Source: Fidelibacterota bacterium | GTDB lineage: Bacteria; Fidelibacterota; UBA8477; JABMPR01 | Direction: 5' to 3' | Length of the DNA stretch: 60,834 nt | Assembly: GCA_034716895.1 (NCBI GenBank) | Contig: JAYEKW010000114.1 | Location: 18,470 to 79,303 of the forward strand | Part shown: piece after piece, positions 20,321 through 29,335 of the stretch | How positions within the stretch are numbered: the first letter of the stretch is position 1 | How the letters are laid out: each line of letters begins with the position of its first letter | Program-made: the position numbers and the translations under genes | The notes under the pieces: model-generated | What the model was told of the DNA's origin: nothing | The model's input: only the letters and a program-made list of their open reading frames with translations | The model's database searches: none

Positions 20321-21253
20321 CTATACATCAAATAAAACACTGATCGATTTTTCTTGATGAATCCGTAGGATCGCCTCTCCAAATACTGATGCCACACTCA
20401 CCGGCACCAATTTATCAATTTGTTTCTTCTCGATGATCTTGATCGTGTCTGTGATCAAAATCCGATCGATTGGAGCCTGTTTCAAACGCCGGATAGCCGG
20501 TCCTGAAAGAACACCGTGGGTAACTGCGGCATTCACGGATACAGCACCCATGGCCCTTGCTTTTTTCGCAGCAGCAACCATGGTTCCAGCTGTATCGATC
20601 ATATCATCCATGATCAAAACATTCTTGGCGCCCACTTTGCCGATCAAATGCATCACTTCAGCTTTGTTGTGGCCTGGTCGACGTTTATCAATAATCGCCA
20701 AGGTAGCATTCAACAATTTCGCATACGAACGGGACATGGGAACAGATCCGATATCAGGTGCCAGAACGACCATGTTCTCAAGTTCCAAATCTTTAATCGC
20801 ACCGACCAGCACCTTCTTTGAGTAGAGGTGATCAAAGGGGCTGTTAAAGTACCCCTGGATCTGACTACTGTGAAGATCCATGGAAACCACCCGGTCTGCA
20901 CCAGCTGTTTGGATCAGGTCAGCAAACAGTTTAGCACTGATGGGAACCCGAGGTTGATCTTTACGATCCTGACGGGCATATCCATAGTAGGGAATCACTG
21001 CCGTTACCCTTCTAGCTGAGGCACGTTTGGCAGCGTCCAGCATGAGTAACAACTCGATTATATTGGTATCAGGCGGATTGGTGCTCTGAATGATAAAGAC
21101 ATCCTCACCACGGATATTTTCATCAAAGCGGATCCATAATTCTCCATCACTAAAGGGCTTGATGGTCATTTTCCCTAATTTCATATCCAGATAATTGGCG
21201 ACAGCAATCCCGAATTCGGGATTTGATCGGCCACAAAACAGTTTTGCCTTCAT
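20321..21253 (-). CDS. prs: Ribose-phosphate pyrophosphokinase
   Basis: DLHSSQIQGYF and the PRPP-binding loop VLIMDDMIDTAGT. Confidence 0.95.
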   Translation of the reverse strand: MKAKLFCGRSNPEFGIAVANYLDMKLGKMTIKPFSDGELWIRFDENIRGEDVFIIQSTNPPDTNIIELLLMLDAAKRASARRVTAVIPYYGYARQDRKDQPRVPISAKLFADLIQTAGADRVVSMDLHSSQIQGYFNSPFDHLYSKKVLVGAIKDLELENMVVLAPDIGSVPMSRSYAKLLNATLAIIDKRRPGHNKAEVMHLIGKVGAKNVLIMDDMIDTAGTMVAAAKKARAMGAVSVNAAVTHGVLSGPAIRRLKQAPIDRILITDTIKIIEKKQIDKLVPVSVASVFGEAILRIHQEKSISVLFDV

Positions 21254-21367
21254 TAGCGCTGTTTCCGTTTTTAGTAATTGGCGTTTTAGGTTGAATTCTA
21301 ATCCATACCGCCCTGAAGCTGACTTTGGTCAAACCGCAAGTGCACTGTTGTATGAATTATTGAATTG

Positions 21368-21438
21368 TTCCGGGAGGAGGATTCGAACCCCCATAACCAG
21401 CTCCAAAAGCTGGGGTCCTACCATTGAACGATCCCGGA
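21368..21438 (-). tRNA. tRNA-Gln (anticodon UUG)
   Basis: The minus strand reads TCCGGGA TC GTTC AATGGTA GGAC C CCAGC TTTTGGA GCTGG TTAT GGGGG TTCGAAT CCTCC TCCCGGA A. This gives a 7-bp acceptor stem, a D stem, a 5-bp anticodon stem with loop TT-TTG-GA, and a GTTCGAATC T-loop. CCA is not encoded. Confidence 0.9.
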
Positions 21439-21444
21439 AAAAAA

Positions 21445-22296
21445 TCAGTTATAGGGGTGGGTAATCTGAGTATGGTAACGGTTTATAAAAAACGATTGCG
21501 CAACCTGGGCTTGGGCCAGATTGTCAAAGATGCCATACACAGTCGAGCCACTACCCGACAAACTGGCGAAGAATGCTCCCTGTTTCAGGAGCTCCCCTTT
21601 CAGGGTGCCAATTTCTGGATGTATATGAAAGACAACAGATTCAAAATTATTTTCAAAAAACCGTACCAGTGTCGCCTTATCTAAAAGGCGGCCAAAAGTA
21701 AACGGCGGCCTAGGGGCTGTCAATGGTATTTTTAATGCTTCAAATGCTTGTTTTGTCGATACATGAATAGGTGGAATGATCAACAGAAAGACACTTTCAA
21801 AGCCCAATTCCAGCTGTTCCAGTTTCTCACCAACACCCCAACCATGTTGCAATCCCCCTTCTAGAAAGAAAGGTACATCAGCCCCTAGTTGAAGTGCGAG
21901 TTCATGCAACTGACTGGTGGAAAGTGGTTTGGCAGCAATCTGATTCAAGCCCTTGAGAACGGCGGCACCATCAGCGCTGCCCCCACCAATACCAGAGCCA
22001 GGTGGTACTTTTTTCTCCAGTGTGATTTTGATCGGGTAGTTTTCATTGGTCATTTTCTTGAATAATTCAACTGCATGTAGACAAATATTATTGCCGCCAT
22101 CATCAAAGGCGAGACCGGTCATTTCAAATGAAAAACTGTCAGCCGGTTTAAAATAGAGCACATCACCCCAGTCCAGTTCCTGAAAGATCGTATCCAGATT
22201 ATGGTAACCATCCGGGCGTTTCTGTAAAACCCGAAGAGCCAGATTTACCTTGGTGTGAGCGGGAATAGAGAAAGGTTTGAAATTCATTGTTTTCAT
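21445..22296 (-). CDS. ispE: 4-diphosphocytidyl-2-C-methyl-D-erythritol kinase
   Basis: GHMP-kinase motif PPGSGIGGGSADGAA and AHTKVNLAL near the N-terminus. Confidence 0.9.
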   Translation of the reverse strand: MKTMNFKPFSIPAHTKVNLALRVLQKRPDGYHNLDTIFQELDWGDVLYFKPADSFSFEMTGLAFDDGGNNICLHAVELFKKMTNENYPIKITLEKKVPPGSGIGGGSADGAAVLKGLNQIAAKPLSTSQLHELALQLGADVPFFLEGGLQHGWGVGEKLEQLELGFESVFLLIIPPIHVSTKQAFEALKIPLTAPRPPFTFGRLLDKATLVRFFENNFESVVFHIHPEIGTLKGELLKQGAFFASLSGSGSTVYGIFDNLAQAQVAQSFFINRYHTQITHPYN

Positions 22297-22402
22297 TTAG
22301 ATCCGAATATCACAAATGTTCACAAAAGTGTCCGGATTATTATCATCGGTGTTTTTTTATACCAAGTCATTTTTTTCGTGGCATTCGTGTCAAACTGAGA
22401 TT

Positions 22403-23026
22403 CTAATCTGGCTTTTCCATTATGTTGGTTTTCACGATAACATAGCGATGAATCAGAAAACCACTAATAACCAGCATGATGATGATGGTCACAACTGTGT
22501 TGTAGCGCTTTAAGTAAGCCGCTATCTGATCCCAGTTCTCACCAATTGAGCTACCCAGCCAGATGAGCGTACCATTCCAGAGTAAACTTGAAACTGTTGA
22601 AAGGACCAGGACCTTCCAAACCTTTAATTGACCAATACCAGAAAACAAACCGACCACACTTCTAAGACCGGCCAGAAAGCGATTGATCAAAACAACACCA
22701 TAGCCCCACTTATCAAATAATTTTTCAACCCGCTCCATACTATTCGCAGAAAACCAGGTCTGCTGTTTTGAGTACATGAAACCACGGCCATATTTATAGC
22801 CCACAACATAGAGCGTCATAAATCCCAGCACACTACCCAGTAGAGTTGTGCCCATGGCCATACTAAAAGATAGATCACCTCGACCAACCAGATAAGCACC
22901 AAAGATCAGAATGGTATCTCCAGGAATGGGCGGAAAAATATTCTCGATATATGAGGCTAAGAATACCGCTACAAAGACGAGCCAGGCTGGTGCTTGTTCA
23001 ATAAAATTAAAAAGCGTATCTAGCAT
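22403..23026 (-). CDS. DedA/VTT-domain membrane protein
   Basis: ENIFPPIPGDTILIFGAYL block; 207 aa with several TM segments. Confidence 0.8.
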   Translation of the reverse strand: MLDTLFNFIEQAPAWLVFVAVFLASYIENIFPPIPGDTILIFGAYLVGRGDLSFSMAMGTTLLGSVLGFMTLYVVGYKYGRGFMYSKQQTWFSANSMERVEKLFDKWGYGVVLINRFLAGLRSVVGLFSGIGQLKVWKVLVLSTVSSLLWNGTLIWLGSSIGENWDQIAAYLKRYNTVVTIIIMLVISGFLIHRYVIVKTNIMEKPD

Positions 23027-23054
23027 AGATCAGAATTATCGATATACTCTTTTT

Positions 23055-23158
23055 ACCACGGGTTTTCGCAGATTATCACGGATTGAAACGTAATAATCAA
23101 AGGTGGCAATAAAGTACATATCTATGCTTTATCCGCATTTATCCGCGTGAATCAGCGG
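23055..23158. repeat. 104-bp spacer element with word-repeat arms in inverted orientation
   Basis: The left arm is ACCACGGGTTTTCGCAGATTATCACGGATT. The right arm is TTATCCGCATTTATCCGCGTGAATCAGCGG. CGCAGATTATCACGG pairs imperfectly with CCGCGTGAATCAGCG. Confidence 0.6.
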
Positions 23159-23159
23159 C

Positions 23160-23675
23160 TTATTTACACCTGGTCAGTAAACAAACGGCCTGAGCCGCTA
23201 CAGCATCACCCTGACCAGTTATTCCAAGACCTTCGGTGGTTGTGGCTTTCACCGAGATTTGTTCTAATGAAATGTCCAATGCAATCGCCAGCTTTTGACG
23301 CATTTCTGGCAGAAAACCCATCACTTTGGGGCGTTGTAATACGATAGTTGAATCCAGGTTGAAAACCACATAGCCCTGTGCTTTTATCAGCCCATTCACC
23401 TGTTTTAAAAGGTCAATAGAATAAACGCCTTCATATTCTGCAGCTGTATCAGGAAAATGCTGACCAATATCACCAAGAGCCAGAGCGCCAAGCGCAGCAT
23501 CGGCAATGGCATGGGTCAAGGCATCGCCATCGGAGTGACCCAAGGTTCCTTTCTCAAAAGGAATTTTAACCCCCCCCAGGATCATATCCCGCCCCTCTAC
23601 CAGGCGGTGAACATCATAACCAGTTCCTATTCTGAGGTTAGGGGTTAGGGGTTGGGGGTTAGGTGGTTTGGGCAT
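23160..23675 (-). CDS. ispF: 2-C-methyl-D-erythritol 2,4-cyclodiphosphate synthase
   Basis: RIGTGYDVHRL and GHSDGDALTHAIADAALGALALGDIGQHFP. The only in-frame start adds a Pro-rich MPKPPNPQPLTPN extension that is encoded by heptamer repeats. Confidence 0.9.
   Translation of the reverse strand: MPKPPNPQPLTPNLRIGTGYDVHRLVEGRDMILGGVKIPFEKGTLGHSDGDALTHAIADAALGALALGDIGQHFPDTAAEYEGVYSIDLLKQVNGLIKAQGYVVFNLDSTIVLQRPKVMGFLPEMRQKLAIALDISLEQISVKATTTEGLGITGQGDAVAAQAVCLLTRCK
23636..23672. repeat. G-rich heptamer array GGTTAGG GGTTAGG GGTTGGG GGTTAGG TGGTTTG inside the first 13 codons of ispF
   Basis: Read directly from the sequence. On the coding strand it reads CCCAAACCACCTAACCCCCAACCCCTAACCCCTAACC. Confidence 0.9.
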
Positions 23676-23676
23676 T

Positions 23677-23735
23677 TTCTGTCTTCTGTCTTCTGTCTTC
23701 TGTCTTCTATTTTCTATTTTCTATTTTCTATTTTC
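23677..23735. repeat. Perfect heptanucleotide tandem arrays (TTCTGTC)x4 followed by (TTCTATT)x4
   Basis: Read directly from the sequence. The arrays start 2 nt upstream of the ispF start codon, in the queA-ispF spacer. Confidence 0.95.
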
Positions 23736-23762
23736 AAATTCACCATGAAGTTTTTCTTCTTA

Positions 23763-23786
23763 GCGTAATTCGCGTAATTCGTGGTT
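23763..23786 (-). repeat. Word repeat AACCACGAATTACGCGAATTACGC, 13 nt after the queA stop
   Basis: A tandem 9-mer GCGTAATTC x2 on the plus strand. It is related to the motif after dnaE. Confidence 0.8.
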
Positions 23787-23799
23787 TCAAATTTTCATG

Positions 23800-24855
23800 T
23801 TATCGAATGAACATTGCATCGCCATAACTGAAGAAGCGATACCCCTTTTCCACTGCGATCTTATAGGCATTGAGAATCTTTTCCTTGGACGACAGGGCCG
23901 AAACCAGCATTAGCAAAGTTGATTTGGGTTGATGGAAATTCGTAATGATCCCATCAATCACCCGAAATGTATAAGGTGGATAAATAAACTTGTTGGTCCA
24001 CCCATCACCGGCTTCCAATTCCCGGGGATACATAACAGCCGATTCCAAAGCTCTTACCACGGTAGTCCCCACACCGATCACCCGGCGGCCCTCGGTTTTG
24101 GCCTTTTTAATGGCGGCCACCGTCTCTTCAGGAACATTAAAATATTCCGCATCCATTTGATGCTTGGTGATATCTTCAACATTCACCGGTCTGAACGTTC
24201 CCAGGCCTACATGCAGCGTCACATATTGGAACTCAACACCTTTGGCTTCAGCTTTTTTCAGCAAAGCTTCGGTAAAATGGAGACCGGCAGTTGGAGCTGC
24301 AACAGCTCCCCGATGTTCAGCATAAACCGTTTGGTAGCGCTCTTTGTCCTTGTCATCAGCTTCACGATCAATATAAGGCGGTAGAGGCCAGTGACCGACT
24401 TCATCCAGGATTGAAAAGAAGTCTCCACCATTCTTGTCAAACCGGACAACCCGTCCCCCTGAAACCGTATTATCAACAACATCACAGGTGATCTTATCCC
24501 CTATAACCAATTTGTTGCCAACCCTAACCTTGCGAGCTGGTTTTACTAGTGTTTCCCATAAATTATTACCTAGTTCGCGAAGCAGAAACAGTTCTATTTC
24601 GGTATCGGTCTTGTCTTTACGGGCGAATAATCTGGAAGGGAAAACTTTCGTGTTGTTCAAAATCAGGAGATCTCCAGATTCCAGAACATCAACAACACTT
24701 GAAAATTTACTATGTTTTACATCGCCAGATTGGGCATCCAGGAGTAATAGTTTTGAACCATCTCTCTTGGTAGCCGGATATTGGGCGATCATATCATCTG
24801 GAAGTTCATAGTCAAAGTCGGATAAGGTCAGAGCCTTTGCGCGATCAAACAACAT
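23800..24855 (-). CDS. queA: S-adenosylmethionine:tRNA ribosyltransferase-isomerase
   Basis: LSDFDYELPDDMIAQYP N-terminus and C-terminal FFSYGDAMFI. Confidence 0.95.
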   Translation of the reverse strand: MLFDRAKALTLSDFDYELPDDMIAQYPATKRDGSKLLLLDAQSGDVKHSKFSSVVDVLESGDLLILNNTKVFPSRLFARKDKTDTEIELFLLRELGNNLWETLVKPARKVRVGNKLVIGDKITCDVVDNTVSGGRVVRFDKNGGDFFSILDEVGHWPLPPYIDREADDKDKERYQTVYAEHRGAVAAPTAGLHFTEALLKKAEAKGVEFQYVTLHVGLGTFRPVNVEDITKHQMDAEYFNVPEETVAAIKKAKTEGRRVIGVGTTVVRALESAVMYPRELEAGDGWTNKFIYPPYTFRVIDGIITNFHQPKSTLLMLVSALSSKEKILNAYKIAVEKGYRFFSYGDAMFIR

Positions 24856-24858
24856 ATA

Positions 24859-25896
24859 TTAGTCTTTCTCTTTTTGAAATAAACTGGTTTGCGGTAACTC
24901 AGATTTTAGGACAAAGCCCAGGTGGCGATAAGCCTGTGGTGTTGCCTGACGTCCCCGGGCGGTTCTCACTAAAAACCCTTCCATAATCAGAAAGGGTTCG
25001 TAAACTTCTTCAAGTGTGTTGGCTTCTTCTCCCACAGCTACTGACAAAGAATTCAGGCCAACTGGTCCCCCATCAAATTTCTCGATTAATGCGGAAAGGA
25101 TTCTTTTGTCCATATCGTCCAGACCGTATTCATCCACACTTAGCATGGACAGAGCATTATTTGCGATCTGTTTATTGATGGATCCGCTACCTTTTACCTG
25201 AGCATAATCCCGGGTACGGCGTAACAACCGATTAGCAATTCTCGGGGTACCACGACTGCGTTTGGCCAGTTCCATTGCACCCTCATCATCAATGGGTACA
25301 TTAAGAATATTGGCGGAACGCTTAATAATCAGTTGTAGCTGCTCTGGCTCATAAAAATCTAACCTCAGAACCACTCCAAAACGAGCCCGCATGGGCGGCG
25401 TCAACAAACCAGCCCGGGTAGTTGCCCCGATGAGGGTGAAAGGTTCTAGATTGAGCTGGACACTTCGAGCGCTTGGACCTTTATCGATCATGATATCAAT
25501 TCGGTAATCTTCCATGGCTGAGTAAAGATATTCTTCAACAACGTGGTTCAGCCGGTGTATTTCATCAATGAAAAACACGTCTCGATCTTCCAGGTTGGTC
25601 AGAAGCCCGGCAAGATCAGCTGCTTTATCCATAACCGGACCAGATGTGATCTTGATATTCACTTCTAATTCTTTGGCCATGAGCATTGCCAGGGTGGTCT
25701 TTCCCAATCCGGGAGGCCCAAAAAGAAGCACATGATCCAAGGCCTCATTTCGTTGCTTGGCTGCCTCAATAAAAATCTTCAGCTGATCAACAGTACGTTT
25801 CTGTCCCACAAAATCAGCCAAACTCTGGGGCCGTAAAGCCCGGTCGAATTCCTGCTCCTCTGTTAATTGTCCGGGTTGGGTCAAATCACTCATCAA
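24859..25896 (-). CDS. ruvB: Holliday junction branch migration helicase RuvB
   Basis: Walker [12 protein letters not shown], Walker B FIDEIHRL, and [13 protein letters not shown]. Confidence 0.95.
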   Translation of the reverse strand: MMSDLTQPGQLTEEQEFDRALRPQSLADFVGQKRTVDQLKIFIEAAKQRNEALDHVLLFGPPGLGKTTLAMLMAKELEVNIKITSGPVMDKAADLAGLLTNLEDRDVFFIDEIHRLNHVVEEYLYSAMEDYRIDIMIDKGPSARSVQLNLEPFTLIGATTRAGLLTPPMRARFGVVLRLDFYEPEQLQLIIKRSANILNVPIDDEGAMELAKRSRGTPRIANRLLRRTRDYAQVKGSGSINKQIANNALSMLSVDEYGLDDMDKRILSALIEKFDGGPVGLNSLSVAVGEEANTLEEVYEPFLIMEGFLVRTARGRQATPQAYRHLGFVLKSELPQTSLFQKEKD

Positions 25897-26031
25897 ATGT
25901 AATAATACTTATCTTTCATATTGTTTTTGCAGATGTCATTTCGGCAAAATTTGAACCGGCAAATATAGTCGGTGGGTGGGGCGTTTTCCAAGGGAAGCCT
26001 GATAGGCCTTTAACAATTGATTATTGAAGAA

Positions 26032-26436
26032 TTAAGATCTGAGACCATCATTTATATTCGGTTCTGCAAAAGCCAGGACATGATCATCTATATCCATACA
26101 ATAGCCAGCACGGTCACCCCAGTCACGTCTTGCCACGGGCAATATTAACTCGGCACCATTTTTTATTGCTCGTTCCAGATAGACCTCCGGATCATCCACT
26201 GTCAGATACAATTCAACCGGTGGGGTCTTTCCCGGGGATGGTTGGAAATATTGTTCACCAATCAGCTTTTTTATACCTGTCAACGGCATCAAGCCCAAGC
26301 TAAAACCTGTATCCTGTCTGAATTCGGTCATTCCGGGCACGTTGAGAATTGGCTCAACTTCAAATAGATTCTGGTAAAAACAGGTCGCGACTTCCTGGTT
26401 CTTGACAAAGAATATGGTCATGTTTTGTTTTATCAT
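26032..26436 (-). CDS. VOC (glyoxalase/bleomycin-resistance fold) family protein
   Basis: 134 aa with a beta-alpha-beta-beta-beta-like pattern. The C-terminal WGDRAGYCMDIDDHVLAF is typical of VOC proteins. Confidence 0.5.
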   Translation of the reverse strand: MIKQNMTIFFVKNQEVATCFYQNLFEVEPILNVPGMTEFRQDTGFSLGLMPLTGIKKLIGEQYFQPSPGKTPPVELYLTVDDPEVYLERAIKNGAELILPVARRDWGDRAGYCMDIDDHVLAFAEPNINDGLRS

Positions 26437-26512
26437 TCAGATCCTGTCATAGAAAACGTATTGAAATGTTTGATAATGATTCAAATCCCGTAGGGGGTAG
26501 CGTGCTGCATGT

Positions 26513-29335
26513 CTACTTGTTTAGCATTGTTTTTAGATAATGTCCGGTATACGATCTTTCAACCCGGATGATCTCTTCAGGAGTGCCCATGGCCAGTATT
26601 TCGCCTCCGCCATCTCCTCCTTCGGGACCCAAATCGATCACATGGTCTGCTGATTTGATCACATCCAGGTTGTGTTCAATAACCAGAACTGTATTGCCTT
26701 TGTCAACCAAACGATTAAGCACGGAAAGCAGCATTTTCACATCCTCAAAATGCAGACCGGTTGTCGGCTCATCCAGAATATAGAATGTCCGCCCTGTTCC
26801 CATTTTGCTCAATTCGCTGGCAAGTTTAACGCGTTGAGCTTCTCCTCCGGATAAAGTAGTGGCTTGCTGACCTAACTTGACATAGCCCAGGCCTACTTCT
26901 ACCAGCGTTTTGAGTTTACGTTTTAAGCCCGGTATCGCTTTGAAAAAAGCGAAAGCATCCTCGATGGACATCTCTAAAATGTCGGAGATATTCTTACCCT
27001 TGAACTGAATTTGCAGAGTCTCGCGATTATAACGTTTACCCCTGCAATCTTCACATTGTACATATACATCCGGCAAAAAATGCATTTCTATCTTGCGAAT
27101 TCCGTCACCCCGACAGCTTTCACAACGTCCGCCCTTAACATTAAAAGAAAATCGCCCTGGTTTGTAACCCCGCAATTTTGACTCTGGAAGTTGTGAAAAC
27201 AGATCTCTAATGAATGTAAAGGATCCCGTATAGGTGGCTGGATTTGATCGGGGAGTGCGCCCGATTGCGGACTGGTCTATATTGATGACTTTGTCGATGT
27301 ATGCCAGGCCTTCAACTCTGTCAAAGGGGAGAGCTGTGATCTTTGTGTTGTATATCGATCTGGCCAGAGCCGGATAAAGAGTCTGGTTGATCAAAGAAGA
27401 TTTTCCTGAACCGGAGACTCCGGTGACGCAAATAAATTTTCCCAAGGGAAAATCCAGGGTCAGTTTTTGAAGATTGTTTCCCCGAGCTCCAATAAGTTTG
27501 ATCTTGCTATTGCGTCCTTCACGCCGCAGGAGTGGTACAGGAATCGATAATTCACCAGTAAGATATTTTGCGGTGAGCGACGCTTTGTTTTTCCGGAAAG
27601 ACTTTGGGGGGCCAACTGCCACAATTTCTCCACCATGCTCTCCGGCTCCTGGTCCCATATCTACCAGGATATCGGCTTCTTCCATGGTTTCCTGATCATG
27701 TTCGATAACAATCACAGTATTACCAAGATCTCGAAGATGTTTCAGGGTCTCAATCAGCTTTCTGTTGTCGCGTTGATGAAGGCCGATTGATGGTTCGTCC
27801 AGAATATAAAGCACACCAACTAACTGGGAACCAATTTGGGTTGCCAATCGGATCCTTTGTGCTTCTCCTCCAGATAAAGTGCCTGCTGTTCGTGATAGAT
27901 TTAAGTAATCCAACCCAACGTTTATCAGAAATCTTAATCTGGCTTGCACTTCCTTTAATATTTGATCACCAATTATCTGATCAGTTTTAGAGAGTTTTAT
28001 TTTTTCTATAAACTGATAGATATCTTTAATGGGCATTTGACTCAAGTCATTTATGCTTTTTCCACCAACAAATACATGATTTGCTTCAACCCGCAATCTT
28101 GTTCCACCACAGGATTCGCAGGGAAGTGAACTCATGAAGCCTTCTATCCATTTTCTTATCCCTGGCGATGTAGTCTGCTTATAGCGTCTTTCCAGATTGG
28201 GAATCACACCTTCAAAGCCACCCTCATATTCACCCTTCCAGCGATCAGATTCATAAGCCATTTTAATTTTTTTGTCACCGGTTCCTCGAATTATCGCATG
28301 CTTTGCTTCATCACTTATTGTATTCCAGGGTTGGGTAAATTTAAAGTTATAGTGTTTTGCTAAACTTTTTAGAATGGCTGCATACCAATTGCCCCGGGGT
28401 TGTTCACCAAGCGGTGCAACGGCACCTTGAATCAAAGATCTCCTTTTATCTGGTACAATAAGATTTACATCCATACTCGTTTGCATGCCAAGACCATCGC
28501 AGCTTTGGCATGCACCATAGGGACCATTGAAGGAAAATAATCTTGGCTCCAGCTCTGGATAGCTTATCTCACAATATGGACAAGCGTAGTGTTCTGAAAA
28601 TATATGTTCTTCTTCGCCTACCACATCAATGATGATCATTCCAGAACCATGTTTGAGGGCAAGTTCAACGGAGTCTGTTAATCGATCCTTGAATCTTTCG
28701 TTGATAACCAGGCGATCTACAACAATTTCAATGTTGTGTTTTATATTTTTCTCTAGAGCTTTGAGCCGGGCTACTTCCTGTATTTTACCGTCAACGCGAA
28801 TTCTGACAAATCCTTCTCGCTTGATCTCTTTGAAAGTTTCCTTAAACTCTCCTTTACGACCACGGACAATGGGTGCTAGAATTTGAATGTTTGCATCATG
28901 TTTTAGGTTCAATACTGAATCTACAACTTGCTGAACCGTTTGTTTGGTTACGGGTCTACCGCAATTGTAGCATATTGGTTTACCGATTCTGGAAAAGAGT
29001 AATCTTAAGTAATCATGTATCTCTGTCACGGTTCCAACTGTTGAGCGTGGATTTCTTCCGGCTGTCTTTTGTTCAATGGATATTGCTGGTGATAAACCAT
29101 CGATGTAATCAACATCTGGTTTTTCCATCAAACCAAGAAACTGTCGTGCATAGGCAGATAATGACTCGACATATCTACGTTGGCCCTCAGCATAAATCGT
29201 ATCAAAAGCCAGTGATGTTTTACCTGACCCGGATAACCCGGTTATAACGATGAACTTTTCCCGGGGAAGTTCTAGATCAATATTTTTTAAGTTGTGCTCG
29301 CGAGCACCATGAACAATTAATTTCTCATTATGCAT
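26513..29335 (-). CDS. uvrA: Excinuclease ABC subunit A
   Basis: GLSGSGKTSLAFDTIYAEGQRRYVESLSAYARQF, two ABC modules and zinc-finger cysteines. The conserved protein starts at MHNEKLIVHGAREHNLKNI (ATG at 29335). The 58 extra codons of the long ORF look non-coding. Confidence 0.95.
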   Translation of the reverse strand: MHNEKLIVHGAREHNLKNIDLELPREKFIVITGLSGSGKTSLAFDTIYAEGQRRYVESLSAYARQFLGLMEKPDVDYIDGLSPAISIEQKTAGRNPRSTVGTVTEIHDYLRLLFSRIGKPICYNCGRPVTKQTVQQVVDSVLNLKHDANIQILAPIVRGRKGEFKETFKEIKREGFVRIRVDGKIQEVARLKALEKNIKHNIEIVVDRLVINERFKDRLTDSVELALKHGSGMIIIDVVGEEEHIFSEHYACPYCEISYPELEPRLFSFNGPYGACQSCDGLGMQTSMDVNLIVPDKRRSLIQGAVAPLGEQPRGNWYAAILKSLAKHYNFKFTQPWNTISDEAKHAIIRGTGDKKIKMAYESDRWKGEYEGGFEGVIPNLERRYKQTTSPGIRKWIEGFMSSLPCESCGGTRLRVEANHVFVGGKSINDLSQMPIKDIYQFIEKIKLSKTDQIIGDQILKEVQARLRFLINVGLDYLNLSRTAGTLSGGEAQRIRLATQIGSQLVGVLYILDEPSIGLHQRDNRKLIETLKHLRDLGNTVIVIEHDQETMEEADILVDMGPGAGEHGGEIVAVGPPKSFRKNKASLTAKYLTGELSIPVPLLRREGRNSKIKLIGARGNNLQKLTLDFPLGKFICVTGVSGSGKSSLINQTLYPALARSIYNTKITALPFDRVEGLAYIDKVINIDQSAIGRTPRSNPATYTGSFTFIRDLFSQLPESKLRGYKPGRFSFNVKGGRCESCRGDGIRKIEMHFLPDVYVQCEDCRGKRYNRETLQIQFKGKNISDILEMSIEDAFAFFKAIPGLKRKLKTLVEVGLGYVKLGQQATTLSGGEAQRVKLASELSKMGTGRTFYILDEPTTGLHFEDVKMLLSVLNRLVDKGNTVLVIEHNLDVIKSADHVIDLGPEGGDGGGEILAMGTPEEIIRVERSYTGHYLKTMLNK

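Noticed and set aside
23128-23150. DnaA-box-like TTATCCGCA TTTATCCGCG (and TTATCCACC at 41841-41849) as a possible replication origin
   Set aside because: There are only two or three imperfect boxes, no AT-rich unwinding element, and no dnaA or dnaN neighbourhood. They are better explained as members of the 9-nt word-repeat family.
23636-23672. Telomere-like (TTAGGGG)n sequence
   Set aside because: There are only 4-5 imperfect units, embedded between ordinary bacterial genes and overlapping a start codon. Nothing suggests a linear replicon end.
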